A stretch of DNA of 64,000 nt from Paraspadella gotoi (taxonomy: Eukaryota > Animalia > Chaetognatha). The notes under the pieces are model-generated. The model was not told where the DNA came from, made no database searches, and worked only from the letters and a program-made list of their open reading frames with translations. The DNA is taken from assembly GCA_051294375.1 (NCBI GenBank), contig CM119267.1, forward strand, positions 7,354,749 through 7,418,748. Direction: 5' to 3'. Of the stretch, positions 38,022-50,266 are shown one piece after another; position 1 is the stretch's first letter; every line of letters begins with the position of its first letter. A program made the translations under genes and the position numbers.

Positions 38022-40185
38022 TTACTCTTGGCTTTTGTGGACACAAAAACTCATCAAAGAAAACTTCGTCAAATGCTCCTGGAGAATACCTGGAAAAGAA
38101 ACCCAACTTTGTTCGGCCTCGACGTAGCGAAGGCAACTGCGACCCAAGCCGAACACATGAATCTCCTCGTCGATAACGCAGCAGCGACAATCTAAGTCAC
38201 AAGACTCGAGGCGAGGAAGTTTGCTCCAAACATCGGTCGCTGGGTCATAGGCCAAGACGTCTTCCACTCCTCGGAGGTTGGAACGGCCTATACAACCTCC
38301 TAACGTCACCAACATTCCGCGCCAAGAGACGCACCCGTGGCGACACCTGGTTAATCGCAACTGTTACGTCCGCTTAAATCCCGTTTTAAAAGTTAAAATT
38401 GTGAATGTCACCACCTGGCAGATGGCATTGGCGCTTTTGGTGTCCATTGAACTTCTTTGGACCTGAGATCTAAAGCCCAAAGGCGATCGGTGGCAACTAA
38501 AGCCTCGTTTTCGACCCCGCCGCAGACGTAAACAACGTCGTTGATGACTGATCCTGAATGAAACCTAAGATTGACCGGAAGCGACGCCGAATACAACCAG
38601 GTTCCGGCGTTGATGTCGTAACGCTCGCAGGAGCCAGTGGAAAAGAAGAAGCCGCTTTCGTCTGAAGTGCAACCAGCAATCGCGAAAAGCGAATCCTGCG
38701 CGTGCAGCAGCAGAAAGTGCGAACGAGGAAGAAGCATAGGTGGCAATGAGATCACGTCGGCCGACATCGGAGAAAAAACGCGGACGGTGTTTACAGGCAA
38801 GGAGTACCTTGGGGTTTAACCGTTTAAGTTTAGATACAAAATTAATTTTTCCGATTCAATTTAAAAATACCGGCCAAGGGGATTCATTCCAACGAAATCT
38901 ATGCGAGACACGTTGGAAATTAGCTTAGACCATCCCCCTGCTAAAACAGCGAGTCCATGAACGTTGACTAGTTCGGAATCAATAACGTCCCCCAGCTCAG
39001 TTGAATTCCCAGAATTGATTAAGTTATCTTCTTGGTCATCGAAGGAAGAGCTTAAGAAAGGAGTGAACACCTTTTTTTTTCTGATGGTGAAACAATTTAA
39101 AAGAACTCACGCACCCATAAATTTGCCAGTTTCTCTGAAAATTACAGGTTTCAGAAAGACCAGGTGGGGAAACTGATCCTCCAACCACCAAAACAGCATT
39201 CTGAAACGAACGAACCCAATTATTAATCCAAAATTGAATTCGTTCTTTAAAATCCGAAGGAAACTGAAAAAATAGAACTGAGGTTGTCACCTCTACTCCT
39301 CGAGCACATGTTATTTTTCCAGCTTTAACATTGAGCCGTTTCCAGTCGTCCAAAAAATCGAAGTGAAATTGAATCAATGCTTTGACAGATTCGTTGTGCG
39401 ATTCCAACCACAAGTTGAGCACTTTAGCTAGAAATCGTAATTTCGGTCTAAATTTATGGTTTAAAAAATATATGTTAACCTTTGATGGACATTATGCACC
39501 TGCTTCAATCAATCTCACACCTCCAGTCGACAAACGTATCCTCCTAAATATTTCGAATCCATATTTTTTTCTCTTTTCAAAATCGTTTTTTAACCAATCG
39601 ATTGCTCCTCGAAATACCTATATTCATCAACCTAAAAGTTGTCATCCTATAATAACTTTTATCATTACCCAAAAAAATTACCTGCCATTCCGAGTCAATC
39701 CGCAAATCGTTCCTGTCCAACAACGTAAATAAATCTTCGACGCGCAAAGAGAGAAAATCTTCACACTTCGCAAAATCGAAAAAGTGGGATGCGATGAAAT
39801 TTAGCACCGCTCGCTCTAATTCCGAGAGACAATGCGACTTCGCTAAATCGAGACGCCGCAGAGAATTGTCGAGAGTCAACGTCGTAGCGGCCGACTTGGC
39901 GAAGGCCGTAAGAGCCAAGGGAATCTCCAAAAAAGCTGCGGCTTCCAAAATTTCATCGAGATGTTCTCCTTCGTCGACGCGCGAATCAAGACAACAAAAG
40001 TCAATAAGCCGACGCAGGACGGAGGATCGAAAGCCTTGAAGGCGAAGGGTTCGTTCGCGAATCTCTCGCATCCCCGAAGTCGAGATCGCGCGAAAGTAGG
40101 CGCTGACATCGACGAGGCTCTCGAGACAAACCGACAAGGCGACGCCATCGTCGCAAACGATTGTAAAATCGTGCGAGCTCGACAT
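38022..40185 (-). CDS. Kelch-like BTB-BACK-Kelch protein
   Basis: BTB (SAYFRAISTSGMRE), BACK (FLSL..LLDRNDLRIDSEWQV) and Kelch repeats (YVCGG, LVTLGG, YDPATDVW). Confidence 0.85.
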
Positions 40186-40263
40186 CCGAATCAGATTTCT
40201 TTGTATTCTTAAAATAAACATTTAACAAAACAAAATGTCTTATAAATGTCAACAGTATAACAA

Positions 40264-40740
40264 TCATAACAACGTATCTAGCTTTTCCTTCAAAGCCGTC
40301 AAAGCGCGAAGACACTCTTCGGCATCGCTTTCCCGTTCTAACTTTTGATCTCCTTCGTCTTCAAAGTCTGGATTTAATTGCTCCGCAACAAAATTTTGCC
40401 AAAAAGCGAATCGATCTTCGAGTTCCTTGAGCTCGTCCTCATCGGCGGCGCCCTCTTGCGGCCGGGAATCCTTTCGTTCCGCGGCGACAATTTTGCGTCT
40501 GCGCTCCATCGCGGCTTTGATATCGCCGATTCTCGAGCCGATCTCAACGCCGACTCGGTAGCCGGCGTCGAACCCGGCTTGTACGTCTATTTCCTTTCCG
40601 TGGGCGACGCCCTCGCGGAATCCGTCCTTGGCGACGGCGTCGGTGGCACGGTCGAAGTCTCGCGAAGCCGCATTGGATTCCGAGTCTTCGAAGACGTCTA
40701 CGGAGGGTGCGGGCGTTGGCATCAGATGAAGTTTGTCCAT
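40264..40740 (-). CDS. YAE1: Yae1-domain protein
   Basis: DGFREGVAHGKEIDVQAGFDAGYRVG, the GX3 repeat motif of the Yae1 family. Confidence 0.88.
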   Translation of the reverse strand: MDKLHLMPTPAPSVDVFEDSESNAASRDFDRATDAVAKDGFREGVAHGKEIDVQAGFDAGYRVGVEIGSRIGDIKAAMERRRKIVAAERKDSRPQEGAADEDELKELEDRFAFWQNFVAEQLNPDFEDEGDQKLERESDAEECLRALTALKEKLDTLL

Positions 40741-40799
40741 TTGACTAGACTAAAGAATCTTCAGTAAAGATTGAATTGAAAAAATTAACGGATCAGAAT

Positions 40800-41423
40800 T
40801 CAGAAATCGCTCAATAAATCGTCGAAATCTGTTTCGTTGGTTTCAGGAAATATTTTTTGTAAAGTTCGTTCCCCAGCCGAAAAATTAGTTTGATGGTTGA
40901 TAGAAAATGAAACAAAATTGGATAGGTTTTTTTCCTCCGATCCCTCAGCGATCGATTTGGTTCTCTTTGAAAAGGTCGCGTCATCCGACGACGACGTATT
41001 ATCTTTTGTCTTTGTCCGCTTGGATACGTCGAGGGCGTTGTCTTCGTCATTTTTGTTGTTTTCGTCATCTAAGTACTTCAACCATTTGTTTTTACGTTTA
41101 ACTCCGGAACAATCCCCGCCAGTTGTGACATGGAGCGCGTGTACCTCTCCATTTAACGCTTGCCCGGCGTTTTCGTAGTCGTCGTCATCGACTTCCCTCT
41201 GCCAATCGTTTTCCTTCTGCGCGACCGCTTCTGCATCGCCAGCAAACGAGTTTAACTTCTGCACGTGCAATCTCGTTTCCTTTCCCGATCCCTGACCGTA
41301 AACTTTCAGATAGGATTGTTTCTCGCCGCAGACTTTGCATTGCCATTTCTTGGCTTTCTTGGTCTGTTGGCCTTGAAAAGTTCGGCAAGAGAAGCAACGC
41401 AGGACTTGAAATTGCTGGGACAT
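40800..41423 (-). CDS. MRNIP: MRN complex-interacting protein (C5orf45/UPF0544)
   Basis: FQVLRCFSCRTFQGQQTKKAKKWQCKVCGEKQS..YGQGSGKETRLHVQKLN; KWLKYL. Confidence 0.92.
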   Translation of the reverse strand: MSQQFQVLRCFSCRTFQGQQTKKAKKWQCKVCGEKQSYLKVYGQGSGKETRLHVQKLNSFAGDAEAVAQKENDWQREVDDDDYENAGQALNGEVHALHVTTGGDCSGVKRKNKWLKYLDDENNKNDEDNALDVSKRTKTKDNTSSSDDATFSKRTKSIAEGSEEKNLSNFVSFSINHQTNFSAGERTLQKIFPETNETDFDDLLSDF

Positions 41424-41453
41424 GGTAACTAAGTAAACCTAGAAAGTAATAAA

Positions 41454-42616
41454 TCAAGCTTGAGCAGGAAACAATCGAACTAAATTCTGCGGCTTGGCGG
41501 GAATTTTGGTGACAGGACATACTCCATGAGTTTTCAAGTAAGACAGGATGCAGCGGTAACAGAATACAAAACCGGAGACCGACAACGCCGTCGCGTTAGT
41601 TCGGGGACCTTTGCAGATTGGACAGAGGTTGGAATCGGCGAAAAAACCGGACGCGGAGAGGCTGACCCCGGTTGCTGACGCCTCGGCCATCTTGGGGGGA
41701 GCAAAAGACTGAAGCTTTTTGAAAATGTCCAGGTTGAAGTCGGCTTTCTCGCCGGAGGCGTCCGGGTTGAAAACGTCGAGGAACTGCAGAAGGAAGAGAC
41801 CAACGGAGAAGGAATGGGAGAGGACGCGTCCTGAAATCTTGAAAAGTCCATTGAGAGTCGACTTGAGCATCGAAGACTCTGAGCCCGAGTCGGACGGCGC
41901 GACCTCAGCCTCGGGCGAGAGAAATTCCAACCGAATGCCGGCGAGGTGTTCCAGTGGGTCGTGGAACTGGGTGCGGCCGAAGGCATATAGTAGTTGGTAC
42001 AAAAAGCTAGCCGATTGAAAGCCAGTCATAAGTATAGGATAAGCAGCAGCGAAGGCCCGGACGAGCTATATTTAGACAAGAGAAAGAAAAAAGGGAAATG
42101 GAAGCAAAAAAGAATAAAAGTCATTCATAAATTATAGCCTACAGTAAACAATGAACATACTTGGCGATATCTGAGAGGCAGAGCTTCGTCAGCCTCGAGA
42201 CGAATGAGCCTTTCGTAGAGGTCAGCAAGTTTCTTTCGAAGGTAAGGGGCGAGGACGACGACAAATAATGACTTCAAAACGGCGCTCTTCGACAATCTGG
42301 CGTTCTCGACGCCGGCTTCCCCATTCGACTCCCGCCGACGAATTCCATAAAAGTTTTCGGAAAAAGTTCCGGAGTGCCTGGCGAGGAATCGGGCCTGAAG
42401 GAGCATCTCAAGTCCGAGGAGAAATTCGTCTTCCCATTTCTGGAGCCAATGGAGTCGCGCAGGGTCGCGGGTGATGACGTAGCGGAAGAGTCTGCGCAAC
42501 GCCGGACGAATCGACGCTAAGAGACTCTCCTGGGCCAAGACGTCGAAAATGGAAGGTTGGGGCGAATGCGCCCGGACAAGAAAAAGAGGGTTGACGGCGG
42601 CATTAGTCGCAGTCAT
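41454..42616 (-). CDS. PEX12: Peroxisome assembly protein 12
   Basis: PSIFDVLAQESL..RPAL, TFSENFYGIRR, GLFLLQFLD; degenerate RING CPICKGPRTNATALSVSGFVFCYRCI..CPVT. Confidence 0.95.
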
Positions 42617-43056
42617 CGTCGAGCTGCACACGATTTTTCTTTTATCGTTTGAGGGAAAAAAGGCTGCTTTATAATTTTAAAGCGTAACAGGTAACGGGAA
42701 GAAAATAAAATATGGCAAATGGAACGGATTAGTAATAATTAAATTAAAACGCCCGAGCGCCGGTAATGTAACGTAATGATTACATGGTTAACAAAAATCC
42801 CTCGGTTAGTAGTCGTTCTGGGAGACTAAAACATTAATCGTCGCCCGATAAAATAATACTGTACCAAAAAAAGATTTGTTAAAAAAATTTCAATATAACG
42901 CTGTGAGCGCGAGTGCATGACTTAAAAAGTAAAAACCGGGAAAACCTCGCCTAAATCGAGAAAGAGTTTCAGTTCGCATGTTTCGTGACTATGGAATCTT
43001 TGGAAATAGGAATGCCCATTTTCAATGTGTAGAATTTGCGCTAAATAAGGGAGCTT

Positions 43057-45451
43057 TTAGTCAACCCCGCCGCCGACATCATTGTCGGGACGAAAATCAT
43101 CACCGATGAAATACTCGTGAACCGCCTTGAGTCCGTACAAAAGTTCCGCCTGGGTCTTGGCCTCCGCAACCATGATGGCGACGTGGATCTTCTCGCTGTC
43201 CTTTAAGTTTTTCGTCGAAGCCTCGAACAGTTCCTTCGTGACTTTGCTCGGTTGACAAGCGGACACCTAAAAAAATATGGAAAACGGGTAAGTAGAACTT
43301 TGGGCATAAAAAGTTGTCTTTAGAGAAATACAGATGTGGCCCGGAGTAGGGATTTCTCAATTTAATATTACAATCCATGATGAGACCCTTAAATACCTTT
43401 ACGAACTTTCGCAAAGGAAGATCGAGCAATATAGCGATCTCTGTGTAGTCATAATCGTCGTGTCGGATGCCTAAACGAGATGTACGCAATACGGTGGGAA
43501 AAAAATCCTTCGCTTCCTTCTACCCCTTGCTTTTAATATAAATACTAGTATTTAACTTCAATAATAAAAAATGACAAGATGAATATACCGAACAAAAGAT
43601 GGACGTAGTTCCAGATAGCGATTCTGAAGGGACTCGTATCGATTTCATCATGACTCCCCATGGTGAAGTAGGTCAGCGTTTGCGCGACTCTAAACTTTTC
43701 ATCAAACAAGTGACTCAAGTCGCAAAACCTAGAGATAATTATTTTTTTAATGAAAAGAAACTAAATGAAAGAACTATGGTCAACATTTTCTTATAACTCG
43801 TTAAATCACTAACTCAAAAAAATAAAAATGCAATCGATCAATCACTTCAAATAATGTTAATCTGTGGCAGTTAATAACTGCCACAAATCAATCATTTTGA
43901 CAGTCAATTACCAGACCTCGACATGAAGGAGTATCCGTGGTCGGCCCAGGAAAAGTCCTGCATGGTTAACGGTTCAAATTTCTGTCTGGGAGGCGTCTTC
44001 GGAGAGGCTCCGGCGGCGGGCGACGGAGGCGCGAGCGACTTGTTAGACGGACGGCGCCGCGTCGACGCGAACTCGATGAACCTTTGTCTCGGCTCAATGA
44101 GAAAGCGGTGGGATCGACGCCCGTCGAGGCCGCCGCCGCTGCCACCGCCGCCGCTAAAAAACTCGTCGACTGGCTTTTTCGGCGTCCCCGGGGCCGGGGA
44201 TTCCGGCATCGAGGACGCCGAACCTCCGTCGTTGCCCGAGACGATCTCTTCTCCGGTCATCTTGTCGAAGATCTTGGCCTTTTGCTCTTGACTAATCTCG
44301 TCGGTCGACGACTGAATCTTCTCCATTTTGTCGATGACGCGTTTGATATCGAGACCCGGCGCCGACGCCACCGCCGAGTTGTGGAAGTCGTTTCCGCGAT
44401 CGTTCCCGCGTTTTTCAGCGTCGTGGGCGAACAAGTCATCGATTTCGATAGCGACGCCGCACGCCAACGCCAGTGACGCCGCACCATGAAACTGAGCCAA
44501 TATAGCCACGGCGTGAACGACTTCTGGAAGAGACCACGATGATCCGGCCGGACCGCGCACGAGCGCGGCCACGTGGGACCCCTCGAGCGCCCAAGGGCGT
44601 CGAGACAGTAGCTGGTTCAGTCCGTCGATGGCCTTGACCTTCGCCGAAGAAGAGGCGAGCCCCTTGAGCCACTCGGGATCGCCCCGACGAAGGAGAAACC
44701 TTTGCGACTGCGTGGAGACGAAATAGGGACAGTCTTGCGCGCTGGTGGCTAAAATGGCCAGATAGTGAGCTAGAGAAGCGACGAGCGGAATCCCTTCCCC
44801 ACCGGTCAATTCCTCCTCCAGGCGGGCGTGAGCCTCTAAGTACGTGGGGTGGGCGGCGATAACACGGGAATAGTTGTCGAGTCGTCCGTCCAAGGAGAAA
44901 CGACTGGTGAAAAGAGACGAGACTTGACGATCTCCGAGGGAAGGCAAAGCGGAGAGAGGAATGAAAGCGCTAACTTCGCGACGGAGAGAAGAATCGTCAA
45001 TCCCATCGTTCACTTCCTGGATCGACGTCGTCGCCGGATGGACGAAACGCGAGATCGGCCGAAAGTTGTCGCAGAACTGCGACGCGAAAGAAGCGACGTC
45101 AGAATGCGGCGCCGTCGCAGCGAGACGAAGCAACGAAGCCGCAACGAAACGAAGCGCTTCTTCCCGTTTTTCATCGGACAAGGCGTCGACGACGGCATCA
45201 TCCAAGGCGGCGTCTTCGATCAAAGCGTCGGGAACGATCCTTATCGACGTTTGACCGGCTTCCGTCGACAATATTCGGTTCAAAGCGACGTCGACTCTGT
45301 CCAACTGCAACCGTCTCGCGTCCGGATCAAAGACGCCCACGTCGATGAAGAGGTTCGCCAGGGGCTCCGAGGTCGCGGCGTCACTAATGCGCCACAATCT
45401 TTCAAAGATGGACAGCGGCGGGGCGTCTTCGTGGTCGCTTTGGGATTCCAT
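43057..45451 (-). CDS. SESN: Sestrin with N-terminal extension
   Basis: HPTYL, HYLAILA..CPYFV, GDPEWLKGL, RPW, WSLPEVVHAVAIL, QDFSWADHGYS, GIRHDDYDY, SEKIHV..EAKTQAELLYGLKA; 4 exons. Confidence 0.93.
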
Positions 45452-45690
45452 TGCAACGAGTATCGGCGCATCTTTCGTTCGAAATGAGGAAATTACAACA
45501 ACAACATCGGCTATTAATACAAAAACAATAAAAAAACGAGAATAACAAAAAACAGATGCATAATAGGAAAAAGAATACATAATTCTATGTAACAATAAGG
45601 CAATATAAATTAAAACAATAGTAAGAAAACATAAGGCATAACGCGTTTCAGTTGTTACTCTTGAAATAAGCTTAATACTCTGCTCGCTCA

Positions 45691-48271
45691 TCAACGAATA
45701 TGATCGGCAGTGACCCAAGTCTCTCTGACGGGTTTTTCGACAAAGCCCTTTTGCCCCTTGGGGTCAAAGGCAGCCCAAAGAGAGTCGAACTCTTTCTGGA
45801 AGGCGGCGACGAGTCGAGCATCGTCGGAAATAACGAGATTCTCGTGGTTTCCGGTGACGGCGGTGCGCGTCCAGTTGAAACTCCCGTTTACCAACTTCTC
45901 CCCGTCAATGATCGCGAATTTGTGGTGCATCAGATAAGACGTATTGTCGTGGCGAACCTTTCCGAAATAGGAGAGGGAATAAAAATTGCGATTCTCAACA
46001 CATCTTTGTCTGTGTTTAATGTTTATTAGTGAATTTTAATAAACTTGAGAGAGTCTTGATCGAAAGCCAGCCAGCCAGCAGTTGTGTAATGTTATCTTGT
46101 GAGAGGGATGGAGGCTTTAAACCACCATAGTCTGTATATTGTATGTCAACTGTCCAAAGACAGGAACAAGTTAGCTTTTCATTAAATGAATGGACTATTA
46201 CATATTGGTTGTACCACTTTCATAACTCACCACAACGCCTTCTTTTCTTAAAGCGCCGATTTGAGATCCTGGCGCTCGAAGTTGTTCGCTGTCGGTGATT
46301 ACGCGAACGGCGACGGCCCTGGAGGCGTGGATCAGAAGAGAGACTAAATATAGAAAAAAAAATTCATAAGATCGAAATGAGTAGGACGACGGCGAGGCTG
46401 AACACGAGACTCACCCAACTCGGGAGACGTCAAACAAAAGACGCAAACGTCGATGGTAGATCTGGCGCCGCGAAGAAGACGCGACAACCGAAAATAAGCT
46501 GTTTCCTGCGAAATAAAGTCGACATTTCTCCTAAAACAAATACGTCGCGAAAAAAATGAACAAATAAGAAAAGCAAACCTCATGAAGAAAAGGGCATCCT
46601 ATGCCCCGCGGACAACCGGCGCGGCTGTGGTGGAACTCTTGACACGGGATCCCGTCGTCGGGAAAGAACAAAACTTCCGTCACTGGAGCCTTAACGCGTC
46701 CGCTATAAAAGCAAGACCATGAGTCAAACTGTGGCTGCGTCAATACATGTAAATCACATTTAATAAATCAAAACAATATTATTTTTGTTTCGAAGTATGA
46801 TATATGATTAAAATGCTTTTATCAAAACATAAAATAAGAAATAGAATAAAATAAAATAGAATAATAAAAAAATTCTTATTACAAAATATAAAAAAAAATA
46901 ATTTTTAAAAGATTTAAGATAATAAAAATTTACAAAAATAATTGCTATTTTGTTGAAGAGCAGGTGTGCAAGTAAAGATCTAGTGGGGGCAGATAAAATT
47001 TATTTTAAATGTTCCTTTATCTTACAAAAAGCTTTCTTCTTTATAAAGCCCTTTAATAAAATATGATAAAAACACGAAAAAATTTTAATGGGACTGTTCT
47101 TTTGTTTCAGAAAAAATATTAAAACCTTTGGTGGATGTACTTAAACTAAATTTTATTGCTATTTTTTTTAAAAAAATGCTCCTTTGTTTATACATTAAGG
47201 CGTAGTGAAAGTTACATACAAAAATTCTAAAAGTTAATTATGAACAACATACCATCAGTGAACATTAATTTGTAAAAAAATTTATTTTGTTTTTTAATTT
47301 TCGCAGTAGGCTATATTTATATATAATACTATCCTTATAAAATCGAAAAATTTTAAAATAGGCTTTTCTTAATTTGGATTGTAGATTTGAATTCCTCGTC
47401 AAAAGTTGATAAAAGAAAATATAAATCTTTTTTAAAAATTCTTTCATTAAGTGGATTAAAAATTAAAAAAACTATATTAAATATAAACGTTGCTATAAAA
47501 ACAGGAAATTAAAAAGAGTTTTTATGACGAATCCAAATCTGCAAAAAAAATCTTAGAAAAAACTGTTTTGAAATTTTAACATTTATTGGTTTAGTACTAG
47601 TATAAATATGGCCTTCTGCGTAAATTGTAAAATTTATTAAAAATTTTTTTTATACATAAATGTTCATTAATATAATGTTGTTCGTTCCTCACTTTTAGAA
47701 TTTTAATAAAATTATATTTAAAAACTTTACTACGCCTTATTATACATCCATCTGGTTTATAAAAAACTTTGTTTTGTGTAAAGCAATGCAAGTGAAGATC
47801 TAATGGATGCAGCCAGAAGTGTAAATTTCTATAGAAAATAAAGGAAAAATACTCGTAGAAGAGAAAATAAGAAACAAATCCTAATAGGAAAAAAAATGTT
47901 AAATAAACGGAAAAATTTTTTTTTTAAAAATAAGGAAAAAATTGTACAATTTCGGGGGTAAGTAAATCACTTTAGTGAAGAAAGGAGCGATGTATTTATA
48001 ATACTTTTAGTATGTATAGCCCGTACCTCTTTACTTACTTCCTGACCTGTCGCCCCTCCCCGCCGTCGCTGTTCTCGCCCAACAACCATCGGGAGAGACA
48101 GAGGGGGAGTCTTAGAAAAAAAAAGTCACCGGGGCGGCGCGCCTCCTCCCGTCCTCCTCGTGCCTTCAAGTACCACGTGGATACAAGTTTGAGAACGTCA
48201 TGAATGCCGCAGACAACGACGCCGGCGATGACGACCGCTCGCGCGCTCCAAACCAGTTTGGTACTATTCAT
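45691..48271 (-). CDS. PLD6: Phospholipase D6 / zucchini (mitochondrial outer-membrane PLD-family nuclease)
   Basis: N-terminal TM, EVLFFPD plus CCCH-type finger (C..C..C.FLH), IDVCVF, VRVITD, MHHKFAIID..NGSFNWT..NHEN (single HKD); 5 exons with a 1.3-kb first intron. Confidence 0.92.
46045..46223. repeat. Dispersed intronic element, copy 2 (PLD6 intron)
   Basis: Block-wise similarity to 34183-34340, same orientation. Confidence 0.8.
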
Positions 48272-48475
48272 TCGCAAGTAAGTTACTTCGATTTTATAAA
48301 AAGACGAGAGAAAAAATGTTCTTTAACCAGAGGTAGAGAATAAGTTAAAATAAAAAAGAAAATTGTTAAGTGAATGTGCATGGACGTATTTATGTTTCTT
48401 CACTTGACAAAAGTTAAATCTACGTAATGAACGATAACAATCACAAAGATCGAATTAATCTACAAATAAATGATT

Positions 48476-50022
48476 TTAAAAGACCAGGACTTGTTTCTCA
48501 GCCACCATGCCCCTCATCGACAACTCTATGGCGTTTCGATACTGATCAAACGGGACGCTTTGAATAGGCGGGATCACCAATTTTCCCTCCCTCAACATTT
48601 GACACAAATCCTCGATCATTTTGTTCGCGAGATCGTTCTTGCCGCGGTTATGCTTATTCCACTCCGACATCCAAAACCCGCGGATGCGAATGTCTCTAAA
48701 GATTAGAGTAGACGCGGTGACGTTCAACGGTCTTCTCGACATGCCGCCATAAGTAACCTAGAAGCAGGACAATCTCTTAGAAATACTTAATAATTACTTT
48801 AATATAAGGACGAGAAAAAAAAACGAACCATGGTGGCCCCCTTTTCCAAAATTCTGAGCAGGTCGGTCGCCATCTGACCTCCGACGCAATCCAACCCCAA
48901 ACGAGGAGACATGGAATTTTGCGCCAACTTTTCTTTAAACGTCGGGTTGCGTAGTTCGACGTCTTAGAAGGTATTTAACCGACTTTATTTTATTTGATGA
49001 TGAATAAGAAAAAACGAATTATTAACCAGTCACGACAAGATCCGCGCCCAACTTCTGCAGAGCCATCTTCAGTTCGGGGAGATCCGGTCGCTCACGGACT
49101 ATATTGATCGTCTTGAGGCCACGGCGACGAGCTAACTGAATGACCGCCTGTCCGACAGATGAATTTGATCCACTTTGAATGACCGCGTCACCCTCTTTTA
49201 AGTCTACGAAATCGAGCAGCATCCTAAACAAGGAAGCATGCGTTGCATCATAAAAAGTAACGCGAAAAAGTGTCACTTTCTGGCACCTGTACGCGGAAGA
49301 GGGATTGACCGATATGGTGGCCGCTCCCAAAATTGGAATGTCGTTGGGAATCTTGAAGAATTTATCCTCCTTCTCAATGACGTGAGTCGCCCAAGTGCCC
49401 CAAAGGCCTGAGTAGATTAGAATTTAAACAAACCGTTGTCAAAATGAAAGTCTCAGAACAAAGCGCGAACCTGCGTTGGCTGGGATCACCCAATCGCCGA
49501 CCTTCAAGCTCTTCACGGAATTGCCAACGGTAATGACTTCCCCCGCTCCTTCGTTGCCGCCCACTTCTCGGAACCAATTAAGATGCGATGTAGACTCGTG
49601 GAAAAACTTATTCACGCTACTCTTGCATAATTTATAAAAGAATAAAAGAAAATACCCGGCGGAATTCCTGCGGGTTTGATGGGATAAACTCCTTGCAATG
49701 TGTTGATGTCCGCTGGATTGACCGGAGCTGCCAACATTTTCACGATCACTTCATCGTTTGAAGGCGCATCTTTTTTCGGCAATAATACGAACAGATTTAT
49801 AAAATGAGTCAAGGTATAAATTCGATGCTAATCAGATTTGCCTGGAACGTCGTGTTCTCTTAAATGGAGGACCTTCAAAGGATCACCGCATTTGTCAAAC
49901 TCGAGTCGTCGCGACGTAATATGACGAACAAAGCAAGTCAAGGGCGAAGTCCTGTGGCGAAACTTAAATCTTTTCGCCGTGAGTCGAGTTGAGAGAAGAA
50001 TCGAGGGTGTTGCTATCGACAT
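48476..50022 (-). CDS. MECR: Mitochondrial trans-2-enoyl-CoA reductase
   Basis: [89 protein letters not shown]. Confidence 0.95.
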
Positions 50023-50266
50023 TTTTTCGCTCAAGGCGACGATATTATTTTAAATAAAACTAACTTTTAACGTAAAGGAATACAATTGCAATTCAATTCA
50101 ATAATAAAATAATAAAACAACCGATATGTATTATGTAATTAAAGTATGCTTTATAGATAATAATCTATTCAGCTACAGAACTTAATGGAAAAAAATTGTA
50201 TTACATTTTAGATAACAAAAAAATAGTAACAAAACGGAAATTATGAACCACCCGTGCCTATAGGTA

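Noticed and set aside
43904-45718. 604-aa ORF with hydrophobic N-terminus as a membrane-bound sestrin
   Set aside because: The first ~89 codons are AT-rich spacer overlapping the PLD6 3' end; the likely start is ATG 45451. The upstream extension of the RRP15 ORF has the same explanation.
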